A stretch of 64,000 bases of DNA from Lingula anatina (taxonomy: Eukaryota; Animalia; Brachiopoda). How positions within the stretch are numbered: position 1 is the first letter of the stretch; each line of letters opens with the position of its first letter. Below, piece after piece: positions 63,401 to 64,000 of this stretch. The position numbers were made by a program, and so were the translations under genes. Below the pieces are notes generated by a model, which worked only from the letters and a program-made list of their open reading frames with translations, made no database searches and had not been told where the DNA came from. Where the stretch lies: positions 15,686,001 to 15,750,000 of the forward strand of contig CM120645.1 of the NCBI GenBank assembly GCA_051362555.1, in the 5' to 3' direction.

Positions 63401-64000
63401 TTCTCAGGCATATCTCTGGATATAAAGCACAATAAAATAAATATATGTCCATATGTACATTGTACATCTATAAGACAGGATTGAGCTCAGAGGCTCATAC
63501 TTACTAAGTCCTTCTATGTCTGTAAAAGTAAGTAAAAAGTCTTTGTTTTCTGTACAATATTAATATTTTGATGTTGTCCTGGTTATCTTGTTGTTGTCTT
63601 AGGGTGTTTTTAGCCTTAAGTTTTAGTTACAAGATGTCCTAACTGAACTTGGTAAGACAAAAGAGAAACAGGCCTGTCACATTCTTACAAAAATTAAATG
63701 AAAAAATCTTAAAACTGCCTTGGCCAAATTAATATCAGAAATATTTTTCTAGTGCCCACTGCCCTTCCTTTAATAGTCATAAAGAATTGTTAAAATATAT
63801 ATTTTGGTTGCTAGGTGACATTTAAAATAAAAGAAAAATTTTACTAGGTGGTAAACTGTGACTTGGACCTATATACCTATATTTTAATTCTAATTTAAGA
63901 AAAAAAAAAGGCAGCTTTTATTAATGCCTTACTGAGGTAGATATTTGACTGCATTGTGTTACACACCAGCATGAGCCTGAAACTATACACTAATTAACAT

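Overview
AT-rich, intron-containing invertebrate animal DNA; the repeat types suggest a lophotrochozoan such as a mollusc (inference). The left part (1-23 kb) is a transposon-rich tandem segmental duplication. It carries two + strand paralogues of an unannotated small secreted cysteine-rich protein: signal-peptide exon, an EGF/TIL-like exon (copy B only), two micro-exons of 15 and 21 nt, and a terminal exon resembling a bacterial PPC-type beta-sandwich. Their exons have diverged far faster than their introns (hand count in the last exon: 45 amino-acid-changing versus 6 synonymous codon differences; adjacent intron about 5% different), pointing to strong diversifying selection. Intron 1 of copy A holds a Penelope-like inverted repeat with a hammerhead ribozyme, and its inverted arm is fused at the predicted cleavage site to the 5' half of a tRNA-Tyr. 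The right part (25-64 kb, - strand) is the 3' half of a filamin gene (Ig repeats 17-24, 14 canonical exons, one GC-AG intron). Between Ig17 and Ig18 lies a 6.66-kb in-phase exon encoding about 2,219 aa of disordered, motif-repeat protein, and the Ig19 intron has candidate alternative first exons. Many MITE, Tc1, Helentron-like and LINE remnants are present. All counts were made by hand; no searches were run.
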